From NCBI GenBank assembly GCA_031441465.1, contig JANOEP010000055.1:1-31655 (forward strand): a stretch of 31,655 nt of DNA, in the 5' to 3' direction. This stretch comes from a bacterium (GTDB taxonomy: Bacteria > Krumholzibacteriota > Krumholzibacteriia > LZORAL124-64-63). The notes beneath the pieces are model-generated. The model was not told the DNA's origin. It worked only from the letters and a program-made list of their open reading frames with translations, and searched no databases. A program made the position numbers and the translations under genes. Positions within the stretch are counted from its first letter, which is position 1. The number at the start of each line of letters is the position of its first letter. Positions 1 to 10,090 of the stretch are shown one piece after another.

Positions 1-304
1 CCAGGAAGTCGAAGGCCCCCTCGCGCGTGGCCTCCACGGCGGTGGCGATCGAGCCGTGACCGGAGATCATCACCACCGGCAGCTGCGGATCGCGCGCGCG
101 CAGGCGGCGCAGCGTCTCCAGACCGTCGATGCCGGGCAGGCGCACGTCCAGCACGACCAGATCCACGCGCTCGCGCCCGCAGAAGGCCAGGGCGTCCTCG
201 CCCGTGCCCGCCTCCTCCGTGACGAAGCCCTCGGTGCGCAGGACCATGCCGAAGGTGCGCCGGATGTTGGGCTCGTCGTCGACGATCAGGATGCGCGGCT
301 TCAT
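1..304 (-). CDS. NtrX/NtrC-type response regulator, N-terminal receiver domain (runs off the window edge)
   Basis: Not in the ORF track. Manual translation from ATG at 304 gives MKPRILIVDDEPNIRRTFGMVL...DLVVLDVRLPGIDGLE...VVMISGHGSIATAVEATREGAFDFL. ATGA overlap with the kinase stop codon (301-304). Confidence 0.93.
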   Translation of the reverse strand, partial: MKPRILIVDDEPNIRRTFGMVLRTEGFVTEEAGTGEDALAFCGRERVDLVVLDVRLPGIDGLETLRRLRARDPQLPVVMISGHGSIATAVEATREGAFDFL

Positions 305-1716
305 CGGACCTCCCCCGTGACGGTGGGCAGCAGGACGGTGACGGTGGTGCCGCGGCCGGGCTTCGAGTCCAGGAAGATGCGCCCGTCGTGGCCGTCGACC
401 ACGCCGCGCACGATCGCCAGGCCGAGGCCCATGCCGCCGCGGGTCGAGAAGTCGGGGTCGAACACGCGCTCGAGGTTTTCCGGCGGGATGCCGTCGCCCT
501 CGTCGGCGACTGCCACCACCAGGGCGTTGTCGGCGTGCGCGGCCTGCAACTGCACGCGCTCGGGCCGGCCGGCGCGGGTGCAGGCGCCCAGCCCGTTGTC
601 GATCAGGTTGATCAGGGCGCGGCGCAGGGCCTCGGCGTCGAAGCGGCCGGGCAGCGGCCCGGCGGGCATCTCGACCCGAAGGCGCTCGCCGTACAGGCGG
701 GCCAGGTCCTCGATCAGCGGGCGCAGGTCGTCGTCGCGCGGTTCCGGCGCGGGCAGGCGCGCGAAGTCCGCGAACGAAGCGACCAGCTTGCGCAGCCCCT
801 CGACCTCCTCGCGCACGATCGTCTCGCAATCGGCCAGGACCGCGGCGTGTTCGAGGTCGCCGCCGCGGTAGCTGCCGCGCGCCTCCTGCACCGCCAACAG
901 GATGGGCGTCAGCGGGTTCTTGATTTCGTGGGCCAGGATGCGGGACATGCCGCGCCAGGCGGCCAGCTTCTCGAGGCGGGCCAGCTCGTGCCGCTGGGCG
1001 CCCAACCGCTCGGCCATGCCGTTGAAGGCGCGCACCAGGGCGCCGACCTCGCCGGGCCCGTCGGCGACGACGCGGGCTCCGAGGTCGCCGGCGGCCAGCC
1101 GGTCGGCGGTGCGGGCGGTCGCGTGCAGCGGCCCCACGACGCCGCGCGCCAGCAGGGCGGCCAGGCCCAGCGCCGCCAGCAGCAGCGCCGCGTAGATCAG
1201 CAGGAAGGGCGTGACGTAGCCGCGCAGGATCGCGCCGCGGTCCAGGCGCAGGGCCGCGGCCGTGGCCAGGGCGTCGGACAGGCGGCCGGCGCGCTCGGAG
1301 AGGCCCGCGGGCAGGGGTTGCAGGACGACCAGCCCGCCGCCGGGTGCGTCCGCGAGGCGCAGCACGAGCCAGTCCCCGACCGGTTGCGGGCGGGCGTCGG
1401 CGCGGCGCGCGGTTTCCAGGAGATCCTCCGGCAGCACGGCCCGCGGCAGCGGCCGGCCCTCGGCGTCCAGGACCACGACGCCGGACGTGCCGCCGTCGAC
1501 CAGCGCGTCGGCCTGGCGGGACAGCGCGTCGCGGCGCGCGGCCAGGGCCAGGCGCGACTCCTCCATACCCGCCTCAAGACCGTCGACCAGGTGACGCCCC
1601 AGCGAAGCGTCCCGGCTGCGCTGCAGCAGATCGCGCACCAGCAGCGCGGCCGGCACCGCCGGCACCAGCGCGGCCAGCAGGATGGCCGCGAACAGGCGTG
1701 TCCTAATCCCGTGCAT
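301..1716 (-). CDS. Membrane sensor histidine kinase (HAMP + HisKA + HATPase), NtrY-like
   Basis: Two TM segments, HAMP (GEVGALVRAFNGMAERL), H-box WRGMSRILAHEIKNPLTPI typical of NtrY, N-box NLIDNG, G-boxes DEGDGI and GMGLGLAIV. Confidence 0.92.
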   Translation of the reverse strand: MHGIRTRLFAAILLAALVPAVPAALLVRDLLQRSRDASLGRHLVDGLEAGMEESRLALAARRDALSRQADALVDGGTSGVVVLDAEGRPLPRAVLPEDLLETARRADARPQPVGDWLVLRLADAPGGGLVVLQPLPAGLSERAGRLSDALATAAALRLDRGAILRGYVTPFLLIYAALLLAALGLAALLARGVVGPLHATARTADRLAAGDLGARVVADGPGEVGALVRAFNGMAERLGAQRHELARLEKLAAWRGMSRILAHEIKNPLTPILLAVQEARGSYRGGDLEHAAVLADCETIVREEVEGLRKLVASFADFARLPAPEPRDDDLRPLIEDLARLYGERLRVEMPAGPLPGRFDAEALRRALINLIDNGLGACTRAGRPERVQLQAAHADNALVVAVADEGDGIPPENLERVFDPDFSTRGGMGLGLAIVRGVVDGHDGRIFLDSKPGRGTTVTVLLPTVTGEVR

Positions 1717-2344
1717 GTGGCAGCTCCCCGGGCGAAAACGGCGGCGAGTCGGCCGTCGCCGCGTCGCCGGCGCGCCCGCCGCCGCGGTAGAAGAAACGGA
1801 TCAGCTTGCCCAGACCCAGCGAAACTTCCTGCCCGTCCGGACCGGAGACCACCTCGCCCAGGCGTTCGCGCTCGCTCGGCGCGATCGCGTGCAGGCGCAG
1901 CGCGGCGCGCAGGCGCAGTGGACCGGACGAGGCCAGCGCGGCCAGCGGCGCGACCGGCAGCCACGGCGTGCGGTCGAGCCAGGCCTGCAGCGCCGCGTCG
2001 TCGGGCAGGCGCGTCGCGGCCCGGTCGCCTTGCGCGATGCTGAAGACCTCGTCCCACAGATCGTAATCCAGGCGTAAGCGCAGCACGCGGCCGTCTATCG
2101 CGCGCCCCCGGGCGTCGAGCACCTCGAGCTGCAAGTCCACGGCCGAGGACAGGCCGCTGCGCAGCGTCGAGAGGATCTCCGCGCCGGGCAGCCCCGCGGT
2201 GCGCAGGCGGCAGACCAGCAGCGAGTCGGTGCGCGCGGGCTCGACGGCGAGGATGCGCGGCGCCTGCGCGCGCGCGGACCCGCCGTTGCACAGCGCGAGC
2301 AGCAGCACGAGCGCCGCCGCCGGCCGGATGCCCCGCGCGCGCAT
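1703..2344 (-). CDS. Exported DUF4390-like protein
   Basis: Real start is ATG at 2344 (TGATG overlap with the upstream stop). Signal-peptide-like MRARGIRPAAALVLLLALC...AQA. The LRSGL...LRLDYDLWDEVF pattern and the position upstream of ntrY/ntrX-like genes fit DUF4390. Confidence 0.7.
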   Translation of the reverse strand: MRARGIRPAAALVLLLALCNGGSARAQAPRILAVEPARTDSLLVCRLRTAGLPGAEILSTLRSGLSSAVDLQLEVLDARGRAIDGRVLRLRLDYDLWDEVFSIAQGDRAATRLPDDAALQAWLDRTPWLPVAPLAALASSGPLRLRAALRLHAIAPSERERLGEVVSGPDGQEVSLGLGKLIRFFYRGGGRAGDAATADSPPFSPGELPHARD

Positions 2345-3711
2345 CAGAAGGTCCAGCCCAGGGCGGCGTGCGCGTGCCAGGACTCGTCCGCGGGCGCTCC
2401 GGTCAGCGGCGCGGCGACGTCGAAGCCCAGGCGCACGTCGGTCATCAGGTGCCAGCGCAGGCCCCAGCCGATGCTCGCCGCCATGTCGCCGGCGACCGCA
2501 GCGCCGGGTCCGCCGCCGCGGCCCGCGTCGACGAAGAGCGCGCCGGCCAAGCCGCGTCCGGTGGCGCCGCCGACCAGCGCCGCGCGGTACTCCAGCGACG
2601 CCAGCCAGGACCAGGTGCCGCCGCCGGGCGCGCTGAGCGACTGGCTCGGCACGCCGCGCACCGCGTACAGCCCGCCCAGGTAGAGGCGGTCGTAGAAGGG
2701 GGCGTCGCGGCCGACGGTCGCCAGCAGGGTGCGGCCGGCCAGCACGCCGCCGCCGAGCGGGCGGTACAGGCGCAGGTCCGCAGTCGCAGCGTCGAAACCG
2801 CCGCCGCCGTCGTGCTCCGCCGTGCGCTGCAGGCGCAACCGGCCCCACACGCCGCGTGCCGCCGTGCCGGCCCGCAGGCCGGTGCGGGTGTCCAGCACCA
2901 GGTCGGCGCGCAGGACCGTGCGCTCACGCCGGCCCACGCCCGCCGCCACCGTCGCCGGCAAGTCGGCGAACGCGACCTCGTCGCCCTTCGCCACGCCCGC
3001 GGTCTCGTCGTCATGCCAGACCTCGCCGGTGGAATCGGCCTCCGCTCCTTCGATGCGCAGCGCCGTCTCGAAGCTCCAGTCGCGGCCCAAGCGGCGGCCC
3101 AGCATCAGTCCCAGCGCCTGGCGCTCAACGCGGTGGGCGTACTCGACGCCGCCGTCGAAGTAGACGCGGTCGGTCGAGAGCGACGACAGGTCGACGCCCC
3201 AGCGCCAGCGGTCGTCCGGCGCGGCGCCCTCGCGGTAGTGGGCCACGAGGCCGACGTGGCGGTAACCCAGGCGCACCTGCACGGCAGCCTCTTCGCCGCG
3301 GCCCAGCGCGTTGTCCAGGGAGAGCTCGACCGGGATCAGGTACCAGCCGTCGAGGTCGGAGCGGCCGGTGCCGAACCGGAGGTCGGGTCCGCGCTCGACC
3401 ACGTCGAGCACCAGCACCACGGCCCCGCGCTGGTCGCCGGGACGGGTGTGGAAGGCGACGTTCGTGAACAACTCGCGGCGGCGCAGATCCTCCACCGCGT
3501 CGGTCAGCAGCGCGCCGTCGACCGGCTGGCCGGGGTGCAGGCCGAGCTGGCGTTCGACGACGGCGGACGAGGTGCGGCCGTTGCCGTGGACCTCGATGGC
3601 TTGCAGGGTGAGGCCGCCGTCGGCGGCCACCACCGAAGACGCCCAGCAGAGCAGGGCCAGGCACAGGGCCGAGCCCATGGGTGGGGCGAATCGTCGCGTC
3701 GTCCGGGTCAT
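2344..3711 (-). CDS. Omp85/BamA-TamA family outer membrane protein with a single POTRA domain
   Basis: Signal peptide, POTRA (IEVHGNGRTSSAVVERQL...LFTNV...LVLDVVER), loop-6 motif LGGLYAVRG, FVDAG, and terminal aromatic (LGWTF). RBS GGAGGG upstream. Confidence 0.85.
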   Translation of the reverse strand: MTRTTRRFAPPMGSALCLALLCWASSVVAADGGLTLQAIEVHGNGRTSSAVVERQLGLHPGQPVDGALLTDAVEDLRRRELFTNVAFHTRPGDQRGAVVLVLDVVERGPDLRFGTGRSDLDGWYLIPVELSLDNALGRGEEAAVQVRLGYRHVGLVAHYREGAAPDDRWRWGVDLSSLSTDRVYFDGGVEYAHRVERQALGLMLGRRLGRDWSFETALRIEGAEADSTGEVWHDDETAGVAKGDEVAFADLPATVAAGVGRRERTVLRADLVLDTRTGLRAGTAARGVWGRLRLQRTAEHDGGGGFDAATADLRLYRPLGGGVLAGRTLLATVGRDAPFYDRLYLGGLYAVRGVPSQSLSAPGGGTWSWLASLEYRAALVGGATGRGLAGALFVDAGRGGGPGAAVAGDMAASIGWGLRWHLMTDVRLGFDVAAPLTGAPADESWHAHAALGWTF

Positions 3712-3743
3712 GAGTCCCTCCGCTCAAGATGATCCGGGGGCAA

Positions 3744-3759
3744 CGCAAGCATCATACCT
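3744..3759 (-). promoter_or_regulatory. Candidate sigma54 (-24/-12) promoter of the Omp85-DUF4390-kinase-regulator operon
   Basis: Minus strand reads AGGTATGATGCTTGCG, i.e. GG-N10-GC with TTGC, about 33 bp upstream of the ATG. An AT-rich, IHF-like tract (CATCAAGTTATGA, minus strand) lies just upstream. Confidence 0.45.
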
Positions 3760-3894
3760 GGAAAGCCGGTAGATTCCAACCAGGCGCCATGATCATAACT
3801 TGATGTATTATATAATGTTACCAATTAATGACGGGATGTCCGCCCGGTTACCGACGTCGGGGTGTGAAATTCCGATACAGCAATCCGTCACAGA

Positions 3895-4248
3895 TCAATC
3901 AACAGCCTCGAAGTCATCCAGCAGCGATTTGCACTCCTGGCGGAGGATCGGAACATCTCGATCCGCGATCGCCCACACGATCGAGTCGACGACGTTGGGA
4001 TACTCATGCGTCAACTGGTTCCTGAAATCGATGATCCGTCGTGCGTGGCCGATCTCATCAAACAGCCCGGGGTCCCTGTGCGACAGTGCTGAAATCGCTT
4101 CACCGATGATGATGAACTCACGCTCTACCGATGAACGAACGAGCCGGTTGCCCAAATAGGACTCGAGATCCAGACCCGAAATGGCTGCTGTGATCGCCTC
4201 GCAGGCATCGATGATATCCGCCAGGTACGCGCGCGCATCACGCGGCAT
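3895..4248 (-). CDS. HepT-like (DUF86) HEPN ribonuclease toxin
   Basis: HEPN R-x4-H motif FRNQLTHEY; VEREFIIIGEA; overlaps the upstream MNT gene. Confidence 0.92.
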   Translation of the reverse strand: MPRDARAYLADIIDACEAITAAISGLDLESYLGNRLVRSSVEREFIIIGEAISALSHRDPGLFDEIGHARRIIDFRNQLTHEYPNVVDSIVWAIADRDVPILRQECKSLLDDFEAVD

Positions 4249-4546
4249 AGAATTCCTGTTTCGTTCGTTCGATATCCGCCGCGATGAACCGGTTCTTCAC
4301 GGCTCCCGCCACCACCAGATCGATCTCGAATCCAAGCAGGGTGCGGATTTCGCTCAGAAGTCCGAAATAGGCGTCAGCCAGTTCATAGGGATCCATCGGT
4401 CGGAATTCGACGAGTAAATCGAGGTCGCTCTGTGCGGGTCGAAAATCGTCACGGAGGGCAGAGCCGAAGACATCGAGGCGCGACACGCCGAAGCGGTTGC
4501 ACAGTTCGAAGAGTGCCGTGCGTTTCTTTTCGAGCAGATGAACCAT
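4238..4546 (-). CDS. MntA-like minimal nucleotidyltransferase antitoxin
   Basis: FGSALRDDFRPAQSDLDLLVEF (GS-x10-DxD). ATG at 4546 with RBS GGAGG. Confidence 0.92.
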   Translation of the reverse strand: MVHLLEKKRTALFELCNRFGVSRLDVFGSALRDDFRPAQSDLDLLVEFRPMDPYELADAYFGLLSEIRTLLGFEIDLVVAGAVKNRFIAADIERTKQEFYAA

Positions 4547-4563
4547 GATACGCCTCCAGCACA

Positions 4564-4592
4564 ATTGTACCCGCACCCGTCACAATGCGCAA
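4564..4592 (-). promoter_or_regulatory. Candidate sigma70 promoter of the TA operon
   Basis: Minus strand TTGCGC-17 nt-TACAAT immediately upstream of the antitoxin RBS. Confidence 0.55.
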
Positions 4593-4630
4593 CTACGGGC
4601 AAATCGTCTTAAATAGCAGACGATCCGGGT

Positions 4631-5599
4631 TCAGATGACATCCAACCGCTCCCCCCGCCGCAGCCGCCCCCGCAACTCCATCAGCCGCGCGTCCAGCGCC
4701 CGCAGCTCCACGAGGTTGGCGCGCTCGGCGTCGCTGGGCTCGACCACGGCGCGCATGGCGCCGCCGCCGATGATCACGCGGCGGTCGCCCATCAGGGCGA
4801 GGATCGGGTCGTGGGTGGCCATGAGCACGATCTTGTCCTGGCCGACGAGCACTTCGAGGGCCTTGCGGCGGTCGATGCCCGCGTTCTCGATCTCGTCGAT
4901 CAGCACCACCGGCGAGTGCGATAGCACGGCCGTGTCGGCGATCATCAGCGCGCGGGACTGGCCGCCCGAGAGGCTGGTGACCGGGGTGTCCAGCGCGAAG
5001 GGCTCGCCCGCCAGCGCGTTGGCCTCCCGCCAGATGCGGTCCACCTTGGCGGGGATGTCGTCGGCGCGGCGGCTCTCGGCGTGCAGGGCCAGGAAGTCGC
5101 CCACGCCCATGTCGATGACGAAGTTCATGTTCTGGCTGAGCTGGGCGACGAGCTTGCGGTCGCCGCCGGCGCGCCAGCGCTCGTCCCCCTCGCGGCCGTC
5201 GACCAGGACGTGCCGGCCGGTCGGCGTGTCGCCGCGGGCCACCCACTCGATGTCCGCGAGCAGGCGGCTCTTGCCCGAGCCGGTCGGCCCCACGATGCAG
5301 ACGACGTCGCCCTTGCTCACGACGAGTTCGCGCACCGGTTCCGGCTCGCCGCGCTTGTCGCGGCCGCCGAGGATCGTGATCGCGCCGACGGTCTCCTCCT
5401 CGCCGGACAGGAAGGACTCCATCTCGGTCAGGAAGACCGCGAGGTCCGCCAGCAGCGCCTCGCCGCAGCAGTCGGCCAGCGGCACCGCGGGCGCCTCGGG
5501 CAGCTCCACGCCGCGCTCGCCCAGGAAACCCTCGGCGTAGGGCCACTGCGCGCGCAGGCTGCCCGTGGTCAAGCCGCGCAGCAGGTCGAGGTGGACCAT
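4631..5599 (-). CDS. ABC-type ATPase with an N-terminal extension; no permease nearby
   Basis: Walker A GPTGSGKS, signature LSGGQ, Walker B VLIDEIE, H-loop THD. Start overlaps the GTPase stop (ATG 5599 or GTG 5602). Confidence 0.88.
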   Translation of the reverse strand: MVHLDLLRGLTTGSLRAQWPYAEGFLGERGVELPEAPAVPLADCCGEALLADLAVFLTEMESFLSGEEETVGAITILGGRDKRGEPEPVRELVVSKGDVVCIVGPTGSGKSRLLADIEWVARGDTPTGRHVLVDGREGDERWRAGGDRKLVAQLSQNMNFVIDMGVGDFLALHAESRRADDIPAKVDRIWREANALAGEPFALDTPVTSLSGGQSRALMIADTAVLSHSPVVLIDEIENAGIDRRKALEVLVGQDKIVLMATHDPILALMGDRRVIIGGGAMRAVVEPSDAERANLVELRALDARLMELRGRLRRGERLDVI

Positions 5600-6372
5600 C
5601 ACGCCCCCTCCCCGCCGCTCAGCGGCGCGCCGCGCTGGCGCTCGGCGTCGACTTCGAGGTTCGCGGCGGCGGCGCCGAGGTCGATCTTGCGCACGTTGCC
5701 GAGCTGGTACTGCGCACCGATGCGCGTCTCGCCCAAGCAGTAGCTGCACAGCGCCGCGGGCATGCTGAAGCGCAGGCGGCGGCCCTCGACGGTGTCCACT
5801 TCCTGCCCCTCGCGCCACAGCGAGGCGAACTCGAAGCTGCCCTGGCCGGTGACGCCGTTGACGTTTAGGATGCGCGCCTTGGGGTTGACGCGCCGCACGC
5901 GGGCGGCGAAGACCTCGCGCTCTGCCTGGCTGACCACGTCCCCCTTGGTGATCACCACGATGTCGGCGGACTTGAGCATCGGGCCGATCTTCTGCGGCGT
6001 GTCGATGCCCGAAAGGTTGTCGATGACGCAGACCGCCAGCACGTCGCGGATGTAGGGCGAGCAGCGGTTGCACAGGCCGGCGCTCTCGCTCACCAGCACG
6101 TCCAGCCCCTCGCCGCGGCCCCACTGCACACACTCCTCGACGTTGCTGACGAAGTAGTGGTCCGGGCAGAGCGCGCCGGACAGGCCCTTGCGCACCGGCA
6201 GGCCGTGGCGCGCGTAGGTCTCGTCGTCCTGGGTGCTGAGGCAGTCGAACTTCACCACGCCCACGCGCAGGCCGGGTCCGTGCGGGCCGTCCTGGCGCAC
6301 GTGGGCGATGGTCTTGAGGATCACCGCCGTCTTGCCCGACGACGGCGGCCCACTCACGGTCACGAACCTCAT
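5599..6372 (-). CDS. HypB/UreG/CobW-like (G3E) metal-binding GTPase
   Basis: ATG 6372 in an ATGA overlap. GPPSSGKT, LCPDH, ESAGLCNRC, G4 TKGD, C-terminal CSYC. Confidence 0.88.
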   Translation of the reverse strand: MRFVTVSGPPSSGKTAVILKTIAHVRQDGPHGPGLRVGVVKFDCLSTQDDETYARHGLPVRKGLSGALCPDHYFVSNVEECVQWGRGEGLDVLVSESAGLCNRCSPYIRDVLAVCVIDNLSGIDTPQKIGPMLKSADIVVITKGDVVSQAEREVFAARVRRVNPKARILNVNGVTGQGSFEFASLWREGQEVDTVEGRRLRFSMPAALCSYCLGETRIGAQYQLGNVRKIDLGAAAANLEVDAERQRGAPLSGGEGA

Positions 6373-7622
6373 GCCGCGCCTCCGGTCTCGCCGCGGAACA
6401 GGGCGGTCAGCCGCGGGATCAGCTCGCCGAGATCGTACTCGCGGATCGTGTCCCAGCCCAGCCACTGCCAGGTGGCGCCGGCCGGCAGCTCGTTGGTCAC
6501 CTCGGGCAGCAGCGACGGGAACAGCCCGCGGTGGCTGAGGATCTCGCCAGTCGCCCGCGAGAAGAAGAAGTCGGCCAGGTCGCGCGCCGCCGGCGGCGCG
6601 TCGCGGCGCTCGAGCAGGAAGATCGGGCTGATCACCGCGCCGTCGCTGGGCCACACCACCTCGACGCCGGGGTTCAGACGGGCCATGCGCGAGAAGAAAT
6701 AGGGGATGACCGACACCAGCGGCGCCTCGCCGCGGCCCGCCTTGAAGCGGCCGGCGGCCTGGCTCGGGTGCTGCGAGCGCAGCAGGCTGCGCGCCAGGGC
6801 GCGCACCCCCTCGTCGCCGTGACGCTTCCACGTCGTCAGCAGGATGCCGTTGAAGAGATCGAAGTCGCCCACCGGCAGCGCCACGCGCCGCTCCAGGCGC
6901 GGCGAGAGCACGTCCGCCCAGGAGCGCGGGATCTCCTCGCCCTCGGCCAGCTGCGCCTTGTCGACCAGGAACACCGCCGCCACCACGGCGATCATCGCGT
7001 AGTGGCCGTCGGGGTCCTTCAGGTCCAGGCCGGCGAAGTCGGCGTTCACCTGCTGCGGCGAACGGTCGACGAACACGCCCCGGTCCTTGAAGCGGGCCAG
7101 GTTGCGGCGGTCGAAGAAGGCCTCGAAACCGGCCGAGACGAAGACGTGCGGCAGGTCGTCCTCGCCGTGCAGGTTGGCCATCTCCCGTTGCACGGCGTCC
7201 ATGCCGATGCTCGCGGCGGCCAGGCGATGCCCGACGGTCACGCCGTGCTTGCGCTCGACCTCGAGGCGGGCGAGGTCGAAGGCCTCCAGCAGCGGCAGGC
7301 GCACCGGGCAGGGCACCAGGCCGGCCACGCGCACGTCGCCCGAGTCGGGGAAGATGCGGCCGTCGTCGGCGGACTGCAGGGTCAAATCCACGCTCTGCCG
7401 CTCGGCCGTGACCACGCCGCCGAGGGTGGCCAGGAGCGCCGCGAGGTCCTTGCCGCGCATCTGCGCGGCCTGCGACAACGTCACCATCTTGCCGTGGGAG
7501 GCGCGGCGGGCCGGGTCGGCGACATGGCTGAAACCCTGGTCCACCAGGACCGGGATCGTCTCGGGGTAACGCTCGGTGACCTCGAAGAGGGTCATTTCCG
7601 GGGTGATCTGGATGGGGGGCAC
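6369..7622 (-). CDS. DUF1858-like domain fused to a periplasmic-binding-fold protein, no signal peptide
   Basis: GTG at 7622 with RBS AGGAGG (alternative ATG at 7655). N-terminus ITPEMTLFEVTERYPETIPVLVDQGF is DUF1858-like; PCPVR motif; PRSWADVL and VVWPSDGA are typical of Fe3+/polyamine-type solute-binding proteins. Confidence 0.8.
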   Translation of the reverse strand: MPPIQITPEMTLFEVTERYPETIPVLVDQGFSHVADPARRASHGKMVTLSQAAQMRGKDLAALLATLGGVVTAERQSVDLTLQSADDGRIFPDSGDVRVAGLVPCPVRLPLLEAFDLARLEVERKHGVTVGHRLAAASIGMDAVQREMANLHGEDDLPHVFVSAGFEAFFDRRNLARFKDRGVFVDRSPQQVNADFAGLDLKDPDGHYAMIAVVAAVFLVDKAQLAEGEEIPRSWADVLSPRLERRVALPVGDFDLFNGILLTTWKRHGDEGVRALARSLLRSQHPSQAAGRFKAGRGEAPLVSVIPYFFSRMARLNPGVEVVWPSDGAVISPIFLLERRDAPPAARDLADFFFSRATGEILSHRGLFPSLLPEVTNELPAGATWQWLGWDTIREYDLGELIPRLTALFRGETGGAA

Positions 7623-7642
7623 GGGAGCCTCCTGGTTGGGGC

Positions 7643-7668
7643 TATTCAATACCATGTGGTATAGAATA
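7643..7668. promoter_or_regulatory. 26-bp palindromic operator candidate
   Basis: TATTC-A-ATACCA-TG-TGGTAT-A-GAATA, AT-rich in a very GC-rich background, about 20 bp upstream of the GTG at 7622. Confidence 0.7.
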
Positions 7669-7748
7669 TCGCTCCTCGCCCGCCGCCCCGCAAGTCGCTA
7701 TATTCGCCCCGCCCGAACGACCTCAGCCCCCATCCCGGGAGGACCTCC

Positions 7749-9824
<2,076 letters not shown>

Positions 9825-9851
9825 GTCCCGATCCGGCGTCTCGAGGACGAG

Positions 9852-9883
9852 AGAACCCCGGGCCGCAAGGTCCGGGGTTCTTT
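9852..9883 (+). terminator. Intrinsic terminator
   Basis: 13-bp stem AGAACCCCGGGCC / GGTCCGGGGTTCT (one G-U pair), GCAA loop, short T tail, 27 bp after the stop. Confidence 0.8.
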
Positions 9884-10090
9884 GTGGAGGCGTCCGTCAG
9901 CGGGCGCCGGCGGGGTTCACCACGACAGTGCACTGCCGCCGCAGCGTCAAGAAGGTCCGATCCTTGCGGGGATCCCCGTCGACCGGTCCCGCGAGCGGGG
10001 CGCCGGCTTCCCGGGGTTTCCCGGGACGAACCGACGGTTCCCCGCTGCGGCGCAGATGACCGAGTCCTTCCCCGAGCGGGAGGTGCCAAC

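Noticed and set aside
4603..4624. Hairpin ATCGTCT-N8-AGACGAT after the ABC ATPase stop
   Set aside because: Weak 7-bp stem and no real U-tract; not supportable as a terminator.
9976..10037. Hammerhead ribozyme or c-di-GMP riboswitch reading of the three-way junction
   Set aside because: No CUGANGA core, GAAC instead of GAAA, and no GCAAA/GNRA c-di-GMP-I pattern.
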